Origin: an uncultured delta proteobacterium
GTDB lineage: Bacteria; Myxococcota_A; Polyangia; Polyangiales; B10-G4
NCBI GenBank assembly: GCA_963727445.1
Contig: CAVSGI010000006.1
Coordinates: 704,001-768,000 of the forward strand
Length of the DNA: 64,000 nucleotides
Direction: 5' to 3'
The translations under genes were made by a program, and so were the position numbers. Of this stretch, positions 8,838 through 19,591 are shown in pieces (positions within the stretch are counted from its first letter, which is position 1; each line of letters starts with the position of its first letter). Under the pieces are notes generated by a model. It did not search any database and was not told the origin of the DNA. It saw only the letters and a list, made by a program, of their open reading frames with translations.

Positions 8838-9674
8838 CTACTCAGACGTGAGTCGCTTGATCTCTTCCTTGATGATCGTCTCGGCCAGCTCCGGGACCAC
8901 TTCCCAGACGACCTGCTCGATCACCTCGCGGCTGAGCGCGAGCACGCCTTCGATCTGCGTCTTGTCGAGGCCGAGGCCTTCGAGCTTGCTCGCCATCGCG
9001 CCGCCGTTCGAGGTGGCAGCCGCCGCGGCAGCGGCGGGCTTGGCGGGCGCTCTCGGGGCCGAGGGTCGCGCGGGCGCGGCCGGCGACTCGATCTCGACCT
9101 CCGGCTCATCGGCGAGCTCGAGCACCGGACGCTCGGGGGGCTTCGGCGCGGAGGGCGGAGTCGGAGGAGGCGGGGGACCGGGAGGCCTGGCACCGAAGGC
9201 GACCGTGTGCTTGGGTACGCTCTTCTTGGGCGGCGCGGGAGGAGCTGGCCTCGCCGGAGCCGCGGGCGCGGCGGCGACGGGTGCATCGCCACTCGGGATC
9301 ATCCGCGGTCGCTTGAGCACGTCGCCGACCTTGTCGATGACAGCCTGCGAGTCGAAGGGCTTCACCACGTGATCGTCGACGCCAGCGTCAGCGCCCTTGC
9401 CTTCGTCGTAGGCCTGGTGCTGGCTCGCCATCACGATCACCGCGGTGTTGGCGAGAGCGGGGACGTTCTTGATGGTGGCGGACACGCCATAGCCATCGAG
9501 GCCTTGCATGGAAAGGTCGGCGAAGACCACGTCGGGCGTGATCTCCTGAGCCTTCTGAACGGCGGCCTCACCGCTGTCGACAGCGACGACTTCCGCTTCT
9601 TCCCCAGCGAAAGTCATCTCCATGATCTTCCGCATGGTGAGGCTGTCGTCGACGACGAGAATCTTTACCGGCAC
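8838..9674 (-). CDS. romR: RomR-like polarity response regulator
   Basis: REC domain (ILVVDDS..FAD..KPF), Pro/Ala-rich linker and C-terminal SREVIEQVVWEVVPELAETIIKEEI. Lies directly upstream of valS. GTG start with AGGAGG RBS. Confidence 0.8.
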   Translation of the reverse strand: MPVKILVVDDSLTMRKIMEMTFAGEEAEVVAVDSGEAAVQKAQEITPDVVFADLSMQGLDGYGVSATIKNVPALANTAVIVMASQHQAYDEGKGADAGVDDHVVKPFDSQAVIDKVGDVLKRPRMIPSGDAPVAAAPAAPARPAPPAPPKKSVPKHTVAFGARPPGPPPPPTPPSAPKPPERPVLELADEPEVEIESPAAPARPSAPRAPAKPAAAAAAATSNGGAMASKLEGLGLDKTQIEGVLALSREVIEQVVWEVVPELAETIIKEEIKRLTSE

Positions 9675-9823
9675 GCTGGACCCTCCTGGGTGGACCAATC
9701 TCCGGGGTCTTGTTACCACGCTAGGCGCGGCGAGGGGAAGTTTTCGATGCGACTGTCAGGCCACTTGGCCTTTGAATTCGCCTGGATGCCGGACGGCCAC
9801 GAGAGCGAGCACTCCCGGCTCCG

Positions 9824-12800
9824 CTAGAGGTCGAGCATCAAGCTCTCGGCGGCCCCTTCGATGGCGGAGGTGGACTGCGGCAGGCCCTCGGCAGCCTGGG
9901 CGGCCGCGCGCAGGACCTCCTGGGCCTGCTCCGAGTGGCCCCGGTCGACGAGGATGCGGGCCAGCGCCGCCGCCGAAGGGCCATGGGCCGGGTTGGCCAT
10001 GAGGCTTCGGCGATAGTGACGCAGGGCGCGGCTGATGTTGCCGCCGTTCTCCGCCTCCCGGCCCTTTTTGCCCTCGTCGAGGGCCAGGGCCCGGCGGACC
10101 CGCGTCCGCTCCTCCATGTAGTGGATCGCCTGCGCCTCGTCGCCCGCGGCGAACGCACAGCGGGCGGCCAAGAGCGCCACGTACTCGTCGCGCCGCACCT
10201 CGATCTCGAGGCTGGCCGTCGCCAGCAGCCCCTCGCATCGCCCTTGGCGATAGGCCCGCGCGACCTCGATCAGCGTCTCGTCGTCGTCGTCGTCCGCCTC
10301 GACGGCGACCTCGATCGCGCGGTCGATGAATCGCGCCTGGTCCACCGCCAGGGCGCTCGAGAGGTAGGGGCGGGCCTCGTAGGGGATCGCCTCCCGGTCC
10401 TGGTCCACCGTCACCAGCTGATAGTGCGCGCGCTCCGCGTGGCGCAGCTCGTCGGCCGAGAGCGCCGCGTCGGGATCGTTCGAGGCATCGTAGTGCGCGA
10501 GCGACGTGTGGACCCACCCGCGCTTTTCGAAGAGGCGGCCGAGCACCAGCTCCCGCTCGTCGTCGACCATGGTCAGCTCGGGCAGGCTCTCCTCGAAGCG
10601 GTGCAGGCCGGGCACACGGTTTTCCACCTCGCGGATGCGCGCGAGGAGGATCTCGTCCCGGTAGCGCTCGGGCAGGTCGTCGAAGGCAGCGGAGGAGATC
10701 CAGGGGGTGTCGTAGACCGCGTAGTCGAGCTCGATGTAGTTGACGGTCATGCCGCTCGCGGTCTGGGCGAGCTCGAACTCGAGCAGAGGCCGGTCGTCGT
10801 GGATCAGCTCCGCGCCGGCACCGAACGCCTGAAAGCCCCGCCCGTCGAGCTCGCGCACGGCGGCGTAGTCGATGATGTGATCGAGGCCCTGGGGCTCGAG
10901 GTAGGGCTCGAGGCCGTCGCTCTTGATCCGCTCGGCGGCCTGCTCGCCGAGGGGGATGGGCTCGCGGCTGGCGATGAGTATCCAGCTCGAATCCTCCACC
11001 ACGAAGGCGTGGCCGTGCGGAAAGACCGAGCGCAAGGTCGCGGTGACGGATTCGAGGGTGGGGAGCTCGGTGCGGAAGAGGTTCACCCACAGGCACATCA
11101 CGCCGCCGGGCTTGAGCGCTCGCGCCGCCTCCTCGAAGAACTCCTGGGTGTAGAGCGCGCTCGAGCCCGCGAGCCACGGATGCGAGGGCTGGCTGACGAT
11201 GGCGTCGTAGGTGCCCTCCGGCGACAGCACCAGGCGCGCGCGGGCGTCGTCCACGATCAGATGGGCGCGGGGGTCGTCGAGGGGGAAGGGCGTGTCTTCG
11301 GCCTCGTAGAGCTCGCGCGCCGCGTCCACCACCGCCTCTTCGAGCTCCACCACGTCGAGGCGCTCCCAGTCGCCGCCGAGCATCACCGCCGTGGTGTGTC
11401 CCGCGCCGAGGCCGATCACCATGGCGCGCTTCTGCTCGCGGGCGAAGACCACCGGCAGGCTGCCCAGCATCGACAGCTCGGCCCCGAATCCAGGGGCGTC
11501 TCCTCCGAAGCCGGACTCGGGACGGCCGTCGTTGTAGAGGCGGAGCAGACCGTCCTCGTCGGTGATGGTCACGGTGGTGTTGCGACCCTCCCGGAGCGAG
11601 ACGATCTGCTCCTGCCAGATGGGCGCCGCCGGCCCTTCGACGATGGCGTTGACGGCGTCGTTGCGAGCGTGCAGGAGGAAGGGCAGGTCGATGGTGGGGC
11701 GCCACAGCAGGATGGCCACCGCGATCAGGGTCGGCACCACGAAGGAGGCGAGCTGCGCGACCAGACGCCTGCTGGTGCCGCGGAAGGCGACCGCCGTGGT
11801 GAGCAGGTGAACCACCGCGATGGTGACCAGGCTGAGCTCGATGCCCAGCGCCGGCACCATCACGAAGCCCGCGAGCAGGGAGCCCAAGAGGCCCCCGATG
11901 GTGTTCCACGCCAGCACGCGCCCGGCGTTCTCGGCCGCCACCTCGGCGGTGCCACCCGCGAGACGCCACGCGAGGGGGATCGAGGTGCCCAGCACCAGGG
12001 CCAGCGGCAGGAGCAGCACGGCGGCCGTCGCGAGCATGACCCACGTTCGATACGGGTCGAGATCCGCCTCGCCACCGATGAGCCCGAGGACGCGGGGCAG
12101 GTGGGGGGCGAGCCACATCGCCACGACGGTGAGCACCGCCATGAAGCCCTGCAGGAAGCCGAAGAGGCGGCCCGGATCGAGGGCGCGGCCCACGCGTTCG
12201 GCGATCAGACTTCCGCCTGCGATCCCGACGAGATAGCAGACGAGCATCGACGCGAACGCAGGTGTGGTGCCATGCAGAGACGATGCGCAGCACACGCGTC
12301 CAGAGGACCTCGCCGGAGAGCGACGCGAGGCCCGCCATGAAGGCGAGGGTGCACGCGAGGCCGACCCGGCTCGGCCGCTGGATGATGACGACCAGGGACT
12401 CTTCCTCCGCGTCGTCGGTGATCTCGGCGGCGACCTGGCCGTGCGCGCGGAAGAGGGAGAGGACCAGGAGACCGCCGCCGATCGACGCGCCCGCGGCGCA
12501 CATCAGCGTCAGCCGGTTGCCGAGGTGCGGCAGGAGCCACAGGCCCGTCACCCCCGCTCCGGTGGCCGCGCCGAGGGTGTTGATCACATAGAGCGCGGTC
12601 GCCTCTCGCGCCCAGCCCTCTCCCGAGCGCGCCACGACCCGCACCAGCACCGGCAGGGTGGCGCCCATCAGGATCGTGGGCGGTAGCAGGACCAGGAGCG
12701 CCAGAACGAAGCGAACCAGGGTGACGACCGCGAAGGGCGCGCCCTCGCCGAGCCACGCATAGAGATGATGGACGTTGGGGATGAGGGCGAGGCTGAGCAG

Positions 12801-13055
12801 CGCCCACACGCCGATCCCCATCTCGAGCCCGGCGTAGATCCACGCGGGCCGGCTCAGCCCCTGGGCGTATCGTCCACCCAGCGCGGAGCCGATGCCCAGG
12901 CCGAGGAAGAAGGCGGCGAGCACCGTCGCGACCGCGAGATCGCCGACGCCGAAGACCCGGTCGAGCATGCGCCCCCAGGTCGTCTGGTAGGCGAGGGCGG
13001 CGCTGCCCGAAAGAAATAGCGCCAGGTAGAGGCTGAGATGACGGAGGGTGCGCAC
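9824..13055 (-). CDS. fused multi-TM membrane protein / spermidine synthase-like methyltransferase with C-terminal TPRs (one apparent frameshift near 12279)
   Basis: N-part LSGSAALAYQTTW..LMGATLP, then a frame switch at ATC GTC t CTG CAT GGC. C-part has IGLGAGHT, VELE, DAR, YDAIVSQPSHPW and LYTQEFF. Confidence 0.8.
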
Positions 13056-13129
13056 GGGCGGCCGGGACCCTAGCAGACACGCAGACCAGGGAGTGAGCCT
13101 GGGCTCAGACGTGCTAGCACCCTCGGGCA

Positions 13130-13747
13130 TTGGCTCAGAGCACCCCGCCCCCGATCCGCTACCAAGACAAGGCGCCCGCCGTGCCCGAGGGCGAGGTTCG
13201 TCTACCCGACCTGGTGCCCGGGGAGGGGCCCCTCGAGCTCGACGTGGGCTATGGCCGCGGGGCGAGCCTCTTTGCGCGGGCCGCCGCCTCGCCCGAGAGC
13301 CGGATCCTCGGCATCGAGATCAAGGCCAAGTGGGCCTTCAAGGTGGACGAGCGGCGCCAGCGGTTGAAGCTCGACCGGCTGCGCCCCTTCCAGGGCGACG
13401 CGCGGGAGATCCTCGCCCGCTCGGGGCCGGACGGCTGTCTGGACGCCGTCTTTCTCCACTTCCCCGATCCCTGGTGGAAGAAGCGTCACGTGAAGCGGCG
13501 TGTCCTGAGCGATACCTTCGCGGACGACGTCGCCCGCCTCCTTCGCGAGGGTGGCGTGTTCTTCGTGCAGACCGACGTCGAGGACCGCGCGGAGCTCTAC
13601 CGCGATCTCCTGCGCGCCCACGCCGACTTCGCGCTCGAGGGCGACGGCTTCATCGACCACAACCCCTACGGCAGCGTGTCGAACCGCGAAGCGCGCGCCG
13701 CCGAGGACGGCCTGCCGGTGTATCGCATCCTCGCGAGGCGGTCGTGA
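13130..13747 (+). CDS. trmB: tRNA (guanine-N7)-methyltransferase
   Basis: LDVGYGRG, LGIEI, HFPDPWWKKRH and QTD motifs. TTG start. Confidence 0.93.
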   Translation: MAQSTPPPIRYQDKAPAVPEGEVRLPDLVPGEGPLELDVGYGRGASLFARAAASPESRILGIEIKAKWAFKVDERRQRLKLDRLRPFQGDAREILARSGPDGCLDAVFLHFPDPWWKKRHVKRRVLSDTFADDVARLLREGGVFFVQTDVEDRAELYRDLLRAHADFALEGDGFIDHNPYGSVSNREARAAEDGLPVYRILARRS

Positions 13748-13772
13748 GAAGTCGGGCGTGCGTCCCCGTCGC

Positions 13773-15533
13773 TCACTCACCGATGAAGATGGCGACCTCT
13801 TCGGCTTCGGCCCTGAGCTGAGCGACGCGCTCGGGGTCGGGGCGAAGGATGGCGCCGGCCGGAAGCGCGGCCTCGATGTCCGCGACCGCGGCGCGCCGGC
13901 GCTCGAGGTCGTCGGTGGCGACGTAGCGTGACCACGGCGCGTCGGGCGCGTCCGCGAGTGCGCGCGCCGAGCGCCAGGCGATGCGCCGAACCGCGGGATA
14001 TGGGTCGCGCTCGAGGACGTCGAAGAGCGCGCCCATCGCGGCGGAAGGGCCAGCGCTTCGCCCGAGGGCGTCGGCCGCCAGAGCGCGCTCGATGGGGTCG
14101 CCGCCGAAGAGCATGGCGAGGACCTCGGAAAGGCCGTCCTCTTCGCCCGCATCAAAGGGCGGTCGGGCTTCGCCGCCATCCCAGAGGCGCGCCTGCGCGT
14201 GGCGCGCCCACGCACGCGTCTGGTCCACGTGACAGAGGGTGCACGCGTCGGGGCGTCCATCGCGCGCCGCGGCGGCCACGTCGGGGACCTCGATGCGGTG
14301 GCTGATGCGCGCGCCGACCAGGCCGTAGACGATCTGCGGCATGTGACACGCGGTGCAGCGCGACCCGGCGCTCGCCGCTGGATGGTGAGTGTGAGCTTCG
14401 AGGGCGTCGTTTCGCCCGAGCGCCTGATGACAGTCCACGCAGGCGCCATCGCCGAGAGCTTCGGGGCGGAGCTGGCCGTCGGGATCGCCTTCGTGCATCC
14501 CGTGACAGGTCGTACAGCTGAATTCCGGATCGGCAGCGCAGGGGGAGGCGAGGTAGCCCTGATACGCGTACGCCGTCAGGCGTGGTGTCCCGTCCCGCCA
14601 GAAGCGCGGGGCGAAGACGCCCCTTGCGCCGTCGAGGGTCGTGTCGCGGCCGAGCGGCGTGCTGTAGCGGGACAGCTCCTCACCGGGGACGTAAGGGTCG
14701 CCGCGCGTGACGAAGGCATCGATGTCGTCGGTCTTGCGCTGGCCGTGGCAGCGGCCGCAGACCTCGGCGCTGCGCGCGCCGCTCAGGTCCTTGGGGCTCA
14801 CCAGCGTGGGGTCGTCGTCCGCCAGGTCGAGGACCAGGCTGCGGAGCGGGTCGGCGCGCGCTTCGACGTGCCGCCCCGCGGGTCCGTGGCAGGCCTCGCA
14901 AGCGACGCCGAGCTCGGCGACCGTGGTCTCGAAGCGCTCGCCCACGCGGCCGGGGTTCGGGGCCACGTTGTGGCAGAAGACGCAGTTGTCGTTCCAGCGG
15001 ACGACGTGGCGGTCGTAGTCCTCGCGCGCGATGGTGCCGCCAGGCGGCGGCGGCGCGGGGTCGGGGGTGAGGAAGGCTTCGTTCATGTGGAAGAAGCGGG
15101 CCTCGGCCGGGTCGTAGGCGATGGGCAGGCGCACGTAGAGGTCGTCGTCGCGCGCGAGGTACTGCTGGTACCGATGCGAGCCCACGGTGCGGACCACCGT
15201 CGCCGTGCGGCTGGGGAACCCGGGCCCCGAGAAGCGCATGAGGAACTCGCCCCGCTCGCCCCGCTCCATGCGTGCGACGACCCCACCGTAGAGGAGCTCG
15301 GTTCCGTCGAAGTCGGCGAGGACGGTGTCGTCGGTCGCTTCGCGCGTCATCCGCCCGTGGAAGGTGCGCGCGAAGGAGCGGTGCTGGTCGCGATGGCATG
15401 GCTCGCAGCTTTCCGAGCCCGCGTACGCCGTCTGGTGGAGGTCCACCGTGAGATCGGCGCCGACGGCGAAGGCCTCGTAGAGCACGACGAGCAGCACGCC
15501 CGAGAGCGCGAGCGCGCCGAGGGCACGTCTCAC
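13773..15533 (-). CDS. membrane-anchored multiheme (8 x CxxCH) cytochrome c with C-terminal HEAT-like repeats
   Basis: CEPCH, CVFCH, CEACH, CGRCH, CTTCH, CVDCH, CTACH and CTLCH. N-terminal TM/signal. ERALAADALG and YPAVRRIAW HEAT-like segments. Confidence 0.85.
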   Translation of the reverse strand: MRRALGALALSGVLLVVLYEAFAVGADLTVDLHQTAYAGSESCEPCHRDQHRSFARTFHGRMTREATDDTVLADFDGTELLYGGVVARMERGERGEFLMRFSGPGFPSRTATVVRTVGSHRYQQYLARDDDLYVRLPIAYDPAEARFFHMNEAFLTPDPAPPPPGGTIAREDYDRHVVRWNDNCVFCHNVAPNPGRVGERFETTVAELGVACEACHGPAGRHVEARADPLRSLVLDLADDDPTLVSPKDLSGARSAEVCGRCHGQRKTDDIDAFVTRGDPYVPGEELSRYSTPLGRDTTLDGARGVFAPRFWRDGTPRLTAYAYQGYLASPCAADPEFSCTTCHGMHEGDPDGQLRPEALGDGACVDCHQALGRNDALEAHTHHPAASAGSRCTACHMPQIVYGLVGARISHRIEVPDVAAAARDGRPDACTLCHVDQTRAWARHAQARLWDGGEARPPFDAGEEDGLSEVLAMLFGGDPIERALAADALGRSAGPSAAMGALFDVLERDPYPAVRRIAWRSARALADAPDAPWSRYVATDDLERRRAAVADIEAALPAGAILRPDPERVAQLRAEAEEVAIFIGE

Positions 15534-15543
15534 GCGCCGTCCC

Positions 15544-18381
15544 TCAGGAGACCTCCTCGAGGGTCCTTTCGACACGCTCGAGATCCTTGAGCCCGATGCC
15601 GCGCATGATGGCGCGCGCTTCGTGGAGCCTCTCTCGCGCGGTCTCCATGTCTCCGCGCTCGATCAGGTGGTAGCCGAGCTCCGCGAGGGAGCGCGCGGCT
15701 TCCTTCTCGTTCCCGATCTCGCGAAAGAGGTCGATGCTGACGAGGAACGCTTCCTCGGCGCGCTTGTCGACGGCGCCGCTGGCGTCGAAGAGGGTCTGCG
15801 CTCGGAGCTGGCCCACGGCGCGGTGCGCGAGCGCGATGGCGTCCTGCTGCCCATAGTCGGTGGCGAGCTCGAGGGCCTTTTGGAGCAGGGTGTCGGCGTC
15901 GTCGTCGTGGGCGCGGAGCGCCACCCGCCCGAGGTTGCGCGCCACCTCCGCGGTGCCCCGCTTGTCGCCGAGCTTGTCGGCGTGCTGCTTCGCCTCATCG
16001 AGGCACGTCCGCGCTTCCTCGAGCCGCCCCGTCTCGAGGTACGCCTCGCCGAGGTTGTTCAAGAGGAAGCACTGCGCGCGCGCGTCCGCCATCGCGCGGG
16101 CCGCCTCGAGCGCGGCTTGCCAAGAGCGGATCGCGCTGTTGGCGTCGCCCCGCTCGTAGGCGACGATGGCCAGGGCGTTGTAGCTCTGGCTCTCGCCTTC
16201 GCGGTCGCCGATGCGCTTGCGCAGGCTCAGGGCCTGCTCGAAGAACTCGCCGGCCACGTCGAGCTTGCCGCGGTCGAGCTCGATGCCGCCCAGGGTGGTG
16301 AGGCTGACCGCTTCGCCGCGCGCATCGCCGTGCTGGCGCCGGATCTCGAGCGCCTCGGCGGCCGCCTGGATCGCGGGGTCGGTCTCGGAGCTGAGACGGT
16401 GGACCTGGGCGAGGTCGTCGAGGGTCGCGGCGACGCCGCGGAGGTCGCCAGCGGTGCGGAACATGGACAGGGCGCGCTCGAGGAGCTTGCGCGCGACCTC
16501 GTTCTCGCCGCGCTGGCGATGCACGCGCGCGATGCGGTTCAGCGCGGCGCCGCCCTTGCCGCGCGCGCCGATGCTCCACGCCAGGCGCAACATCTGGGTG
16601 AAGGCGTCGATGGAGTCGTCGTAGCGGCCCACCGTGGTGAGCAGCGAGCCGTGCTCGTGGTACGCGTCGATCTTGCGGACGACGTCGTCGTTCGGGATGA
16701 GCGGCAGCGCCTTTTCGACCGACTTCAGCGCCGAGGTGGTTCGCATCTGCTGCCGCTCGTAGCTCGCCGCTTCGAGGTACGCGCGCCCGGCCCGCGGTCC
16801 CATGCCCGCCTTTTCGAGGTGCGGTGCGATGAGCCCGGCGATCCCTTCGCGGCGGACCTCGGCGCTGACGGCGAGCCACCTGGCGATGGCCGTGTGGCGC
16901 TTCACCAGCAGCTGCTCCGGCAGGCGCTGGTAGAGCTTGTCCCGCGCGCCCGACACCACGAAGCGGAGCTCGACCGCACCAGGGACGTCCTGCGCGTCGG
17001 TCTCGCGGATGAAGCCGCGGTCCTTGAGCCGACCGAGGGCGGCGTTGAGCGCGACCAGGTCCTCGTCGTCGGGCCAGATGGTGATCGGCTCCGACACGTC
17101 GCCCGGCGCGTCGCGCTCGGCTCGCATCTGCGCGAGGATGGCGCCATCCCAGAACACCTCGCCGATCACGGCTGCGCGCTCGAGGGTCGCCCGGTCGAAC
17201 TCGTTGAGGCGCGCCAGCCGGGTCTCGATGGCGTCGTCGAGGGTGACCGGGAGCTCGCCCTGCTCGAGGCGCTCGAGATCGACTTCGAGGCCGTCCTCGG
17301 CCGGCTGGAAGAGCCCGCTCTCGAGGAGCGCGAATGTCAGCTCGCGCACCGCGCCCGGGTTTCCCTTCGAGCGGTGCAGGATGCCCGCGGCGAGCTCCTC
17401 GGGCACCGAGACCAGGCTCGGAAGCAGGACGTGGAGCATCGCCGACACGTCGCTCTCGGTCAGCGGCGCGATGGGGCCGATGGCCACACCGCCGGCCGGC
17501 GTGAGGCCGTCGGTCTTCTCCGCGAGTGGCGCGTCGCCAGCGATGACCACCGCCACGTGCGCCTCGACATCGGTGAGGCCGGAGAGGAGCGCCCAACCGT
17601 CCTCCTCCGCGAAGTGCATGTCGTCGAGGAGCACCAGCACCGGCCGCACCTGCGCGTCGCCTTCGACGATGCGCTTGATCGCCTTCGCGACGCGCTTGCG
17701 CAGCTCATCGGGCTTGTCCTCGAGGGGCGTGAGGAAGGGCGAGTCGGGGAAGGGGATCCCGGCGACGTGGCCGAGGAGATGCGTGGTCTCGGCGACGATG
17801 ATCGCGTCCTTGGTCATCAGCGCTTCGCTGACGGTGGTCGCCATCTGCCCTCGCACCGCGGAAGGCGACGAGGAGGGCGTCACGCCGAAGCGCTCGAGGA
17901 GCAAGCGCGAGAAGGGGGCATAGGGGCCGTCGCCGCCATCCTTGCGGCACGCGGCGTAGAGGATGCGAACGTCGGGGGCGACCCGCGCGGCGATCTCGCT
18001 GGCGTAGGTGAGCAGGCGCGTGCGTCCCGAGCCCGCGCCACCCTCGATGGCGACCAGCGTCGGCGAGCCCACGGTGAAGGCGCGCTCGACGCCGGTGCGG
18101 ATGGCTTCGGCGGCCTCCGCCTGTCCGATCAGGGGCGGCTCGATCTCCTCGCTGGTGACGGTCGTCTCGAGGCTCTCCGAGTCGGTGGTGACCTGCGTGT
18201 CGAAGCCGAGCTCGTGCTCCTCGGTGGGCGCGAACTCCGGCGCGCTGACCACCGTCGGCTCACCGGCGGGACCGATCCCCGTGCGGCCGGGCGAGAGCAG
18301 GGCCGTACCGCACTTCGCGCATGCTCTCCACGCGCGTGGATTGTCGAAACCGCAAGACGGGCAGGTGGTGACGGTGGTCAA
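15544..18381 (-). CDS. double zinc-ribbon + AAA/STAND-like ATPase + TPR protein
   Basis: CPSC..CAKC, Walker A-like GGAGSGRT, Walker B LLDDMH and GNP motif, then multiple TPRs. Start is uncertain (TTG 18381). Confidence 0.8.
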   Translation of the reverse strand: MTTVTTCPSCGFDNPRAWRACAKCGTALLSPGRTGIGPAGEPTVVSAPEFAPTEEHELGFDTQVTTDSESLETTVTSEEIEPPLIGQAEAAEAIRTGVERAFTVGSPTLVAIEGGAGSGRTRLLTYASEIAARVAPDVRILYAACRKDGGDGPYAPFSRLLLERFGVTPSSSPSAVRGQMATTVSEALMTKDAIIVAETTHLLGHVAGIPFPDSPFLTPLEDKPDELRKRVAKAIKRIVEGDAQVRPVLVLLDDMHFAEEDGWALLSGLTDVEAHVAVVIAGDAPLAEKTDGLTPAGGVAIGPIAPLTESDVSAMLHVLLPSLVSVPEELAAGILHRSKGNPGAVRELTFALLESGLFQPAEDGLEVDLERLEQGELPVTLDDAIETRLARLNEFDRATLERAAVIGEVFWDGAILAQMRAERDAPGDVSEPITIWPDDEDLVALNAALGRLKDRGFIRETDAQDVPGAVELRFVVSGARDKLYQRLPEQLLVKRHTAIARWLAVSAEVRREGIAGLIAPHLEKAGMGPRAGRAYLEAASYERQQMRTTSALKSVEKALPLIPNDDVVRKIDAYHEHGSLLTTVGRYDDSIDAFTQMLRLAWSIGARGKGGAALNRIARVHRQRGENEVARKLLERALSMFRTAGDLRGVAATLDDLAQVHRLSSETDPAIQAAAEALEIRRQHGDARGEAVSLTTLGGIELDRGKLDVAGEFFEQALSLRKRIGDREGESQSYNALAIVAYERGDANSAIRSWQAALEAARAMADARAQCFLLNNLGEAYLETGRLEEARTCLDEAKQHADKLGDKRGTAEVARNLGRVALRAHDDDADTLLQKALELATDYGQQDAIALAHRAVGQLRAQTLFDASGAVDKRAEEAFLVSIDLFREIGNEKEAARSLAELGYHLIERGDMETARERLHEARAIMRGIGLKDLERVERTLEEVS

Positions 18382-18453
18382 GACGCTTCCCCCCGGGGGC
18401 GGGGAATCTACGTCGTAGACGCGCGCCTGGCGAACGGAAATTAAAGGCAACGA

Positions 18454-19530
18454 TTACGGGGCGATTTCACCGTCCGCGCCGATGGAGGCGCAGCGCTGAG
18501 CCGTCTCCTCGTGGACGCGGGCCTGGCGGGCCTCGAGCACGTCGCGGGGCAGGCGCATGGGCTCGGCGAGGTCGGAGGGCGAGGCGCCCGCGCGGTCCTG
18601 GAAGAAGAGGGAGGGGTCGTCGGTGATGTCGTAGAGCTCTTCACCCGCCGCGAGGAGCTCGCAGTTGCGGCGGCGGAGCTCGTCCATGATCAGTGGGAAA
18701 GCGTCCACCGAGTGGTCGTGGATGTCGTGCAGAAGCACGATGCCGCCGCGGTCCCCTTCGTCGCGCTCGCGCACGTCGAGCACGCGGAAGAAGACGCGGT
18801 AGACGTCCTCGGGTGTCTCGACCTGGAAGTCGCCCGTGCCGAGGTTCCACAGCACCGAGGTGTAGCCGCGGGCCGCGATCATGTTGTCGACGCGCACCGA
18901 GCGGGAACCGCCGGGCGGACGCAGGAGCCACGGGCGCTGCCCCAGCACCTCATCGAAGATGCGCTCGGACTCGTCGATCTGCTCGGCCACACCCACGTCG
19001 TCGAGGGTGGGCAGCTGGACGTGATCGAGCGTGTGGCTCGCCACGACGTGTCCGCGTCGCACGATGTCCTGCGCGATCCGCTGCTGAAGGCGTTGCCGGT
19101 TGGTCTCGCCCTTCATGCGGCTCGCGGTCAGGAAGAAGACGCCCTTGACGCCATAGGCGTCGAGGTAGTCGAGGAGCCTCGGCGTGGTGCGCCGGTTGGG
19201 ACCGTCGTCGAAGGTGAAGAGCAGGATGCGGTGGGGGGTGCGCCCGGTGATGATCCGACCGCCTGCCATGCGCTGGCCGAAGGGATCTTCGTGAAGCGGG
19301 TCGTAGGGCAGGGGCGCCGGGATGGGCGCGTCGTTCGGCGGCGAATCCCCATCGCCAGCCACCAAGGCGGGCGGCAGCATCGCCTCGGGCTGTTGGGCCG
19401 GCCTTTGGGTGGCCGCCTGGGCGGTGGGCCCGAAGTCCACCTGCGTGGCGGTCAGCGCCCCTCCCAAGAGAGCCAAGATGCACGAGATGATGCGCCAACT
19501 GCGCTTCTTCGGAGCACGACCCTGAACCAT
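18454..19530 (-). CDS. polysaccharide deacetylase (NodB/CE4 family), exported
   Basis: TFDDGP, HTLDH, RPPGG and LLHD motifs, with a signal peptide. Confidence 0.9.
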   Translation of the reverse strand: MVQGRAPKKRSWRIISCILALLGGALTATQVDFGPTAQAATQRPAQQPEAMLPPALVAGDGDSPPNDAPIPAPLPYDPLHEDPFGQRMAGGRIITGRTPHRILLFTFDDGPNRRTTPRLLDYLDAYGVKGVFFLTASRMKGETNRQRLQQRIAQDIVRRGHVVASHTLDHVQLPTLDDVGVAEQIDESERIFDEVLGQRPWLLRPPGGSRSVRVDNMIAARGYTSVLWNLGTGDFQVETPEDVYRVFFRVLDVRERDEGDRGGIVLLHDIHDHSVDAFPLIMDELRRRNCELLAAGEELYDITDDPSLFFQDRAGASPSDLAEPMRLPRDVLEARQARVHEETAQRCASIGADGEIAP

Positions 19531-19591
19531 GTACGAAATGGTAGGGAGATGTAGGCGTAACCCGAAGAAAGTGGCGTGCCGGGTCGGCCGC

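Noticed and set aside
5882..8851. Long plus-strand ORFs antisense to valS (and similar ones at 9935-12340, 15622-18444, 25270-27450, 29214-31682)
   Set aside because: Shadow ORFs expected from high-GC codon bias opposite well-supported genes, with no recognisable motifs.
9756..13130. 1124-aa ORF as a single real protein
   Set aside because: After about 12280 it turns into Arg/Pro-rich off-frame sequence. The real protein continues in the 9824-12295 frame.
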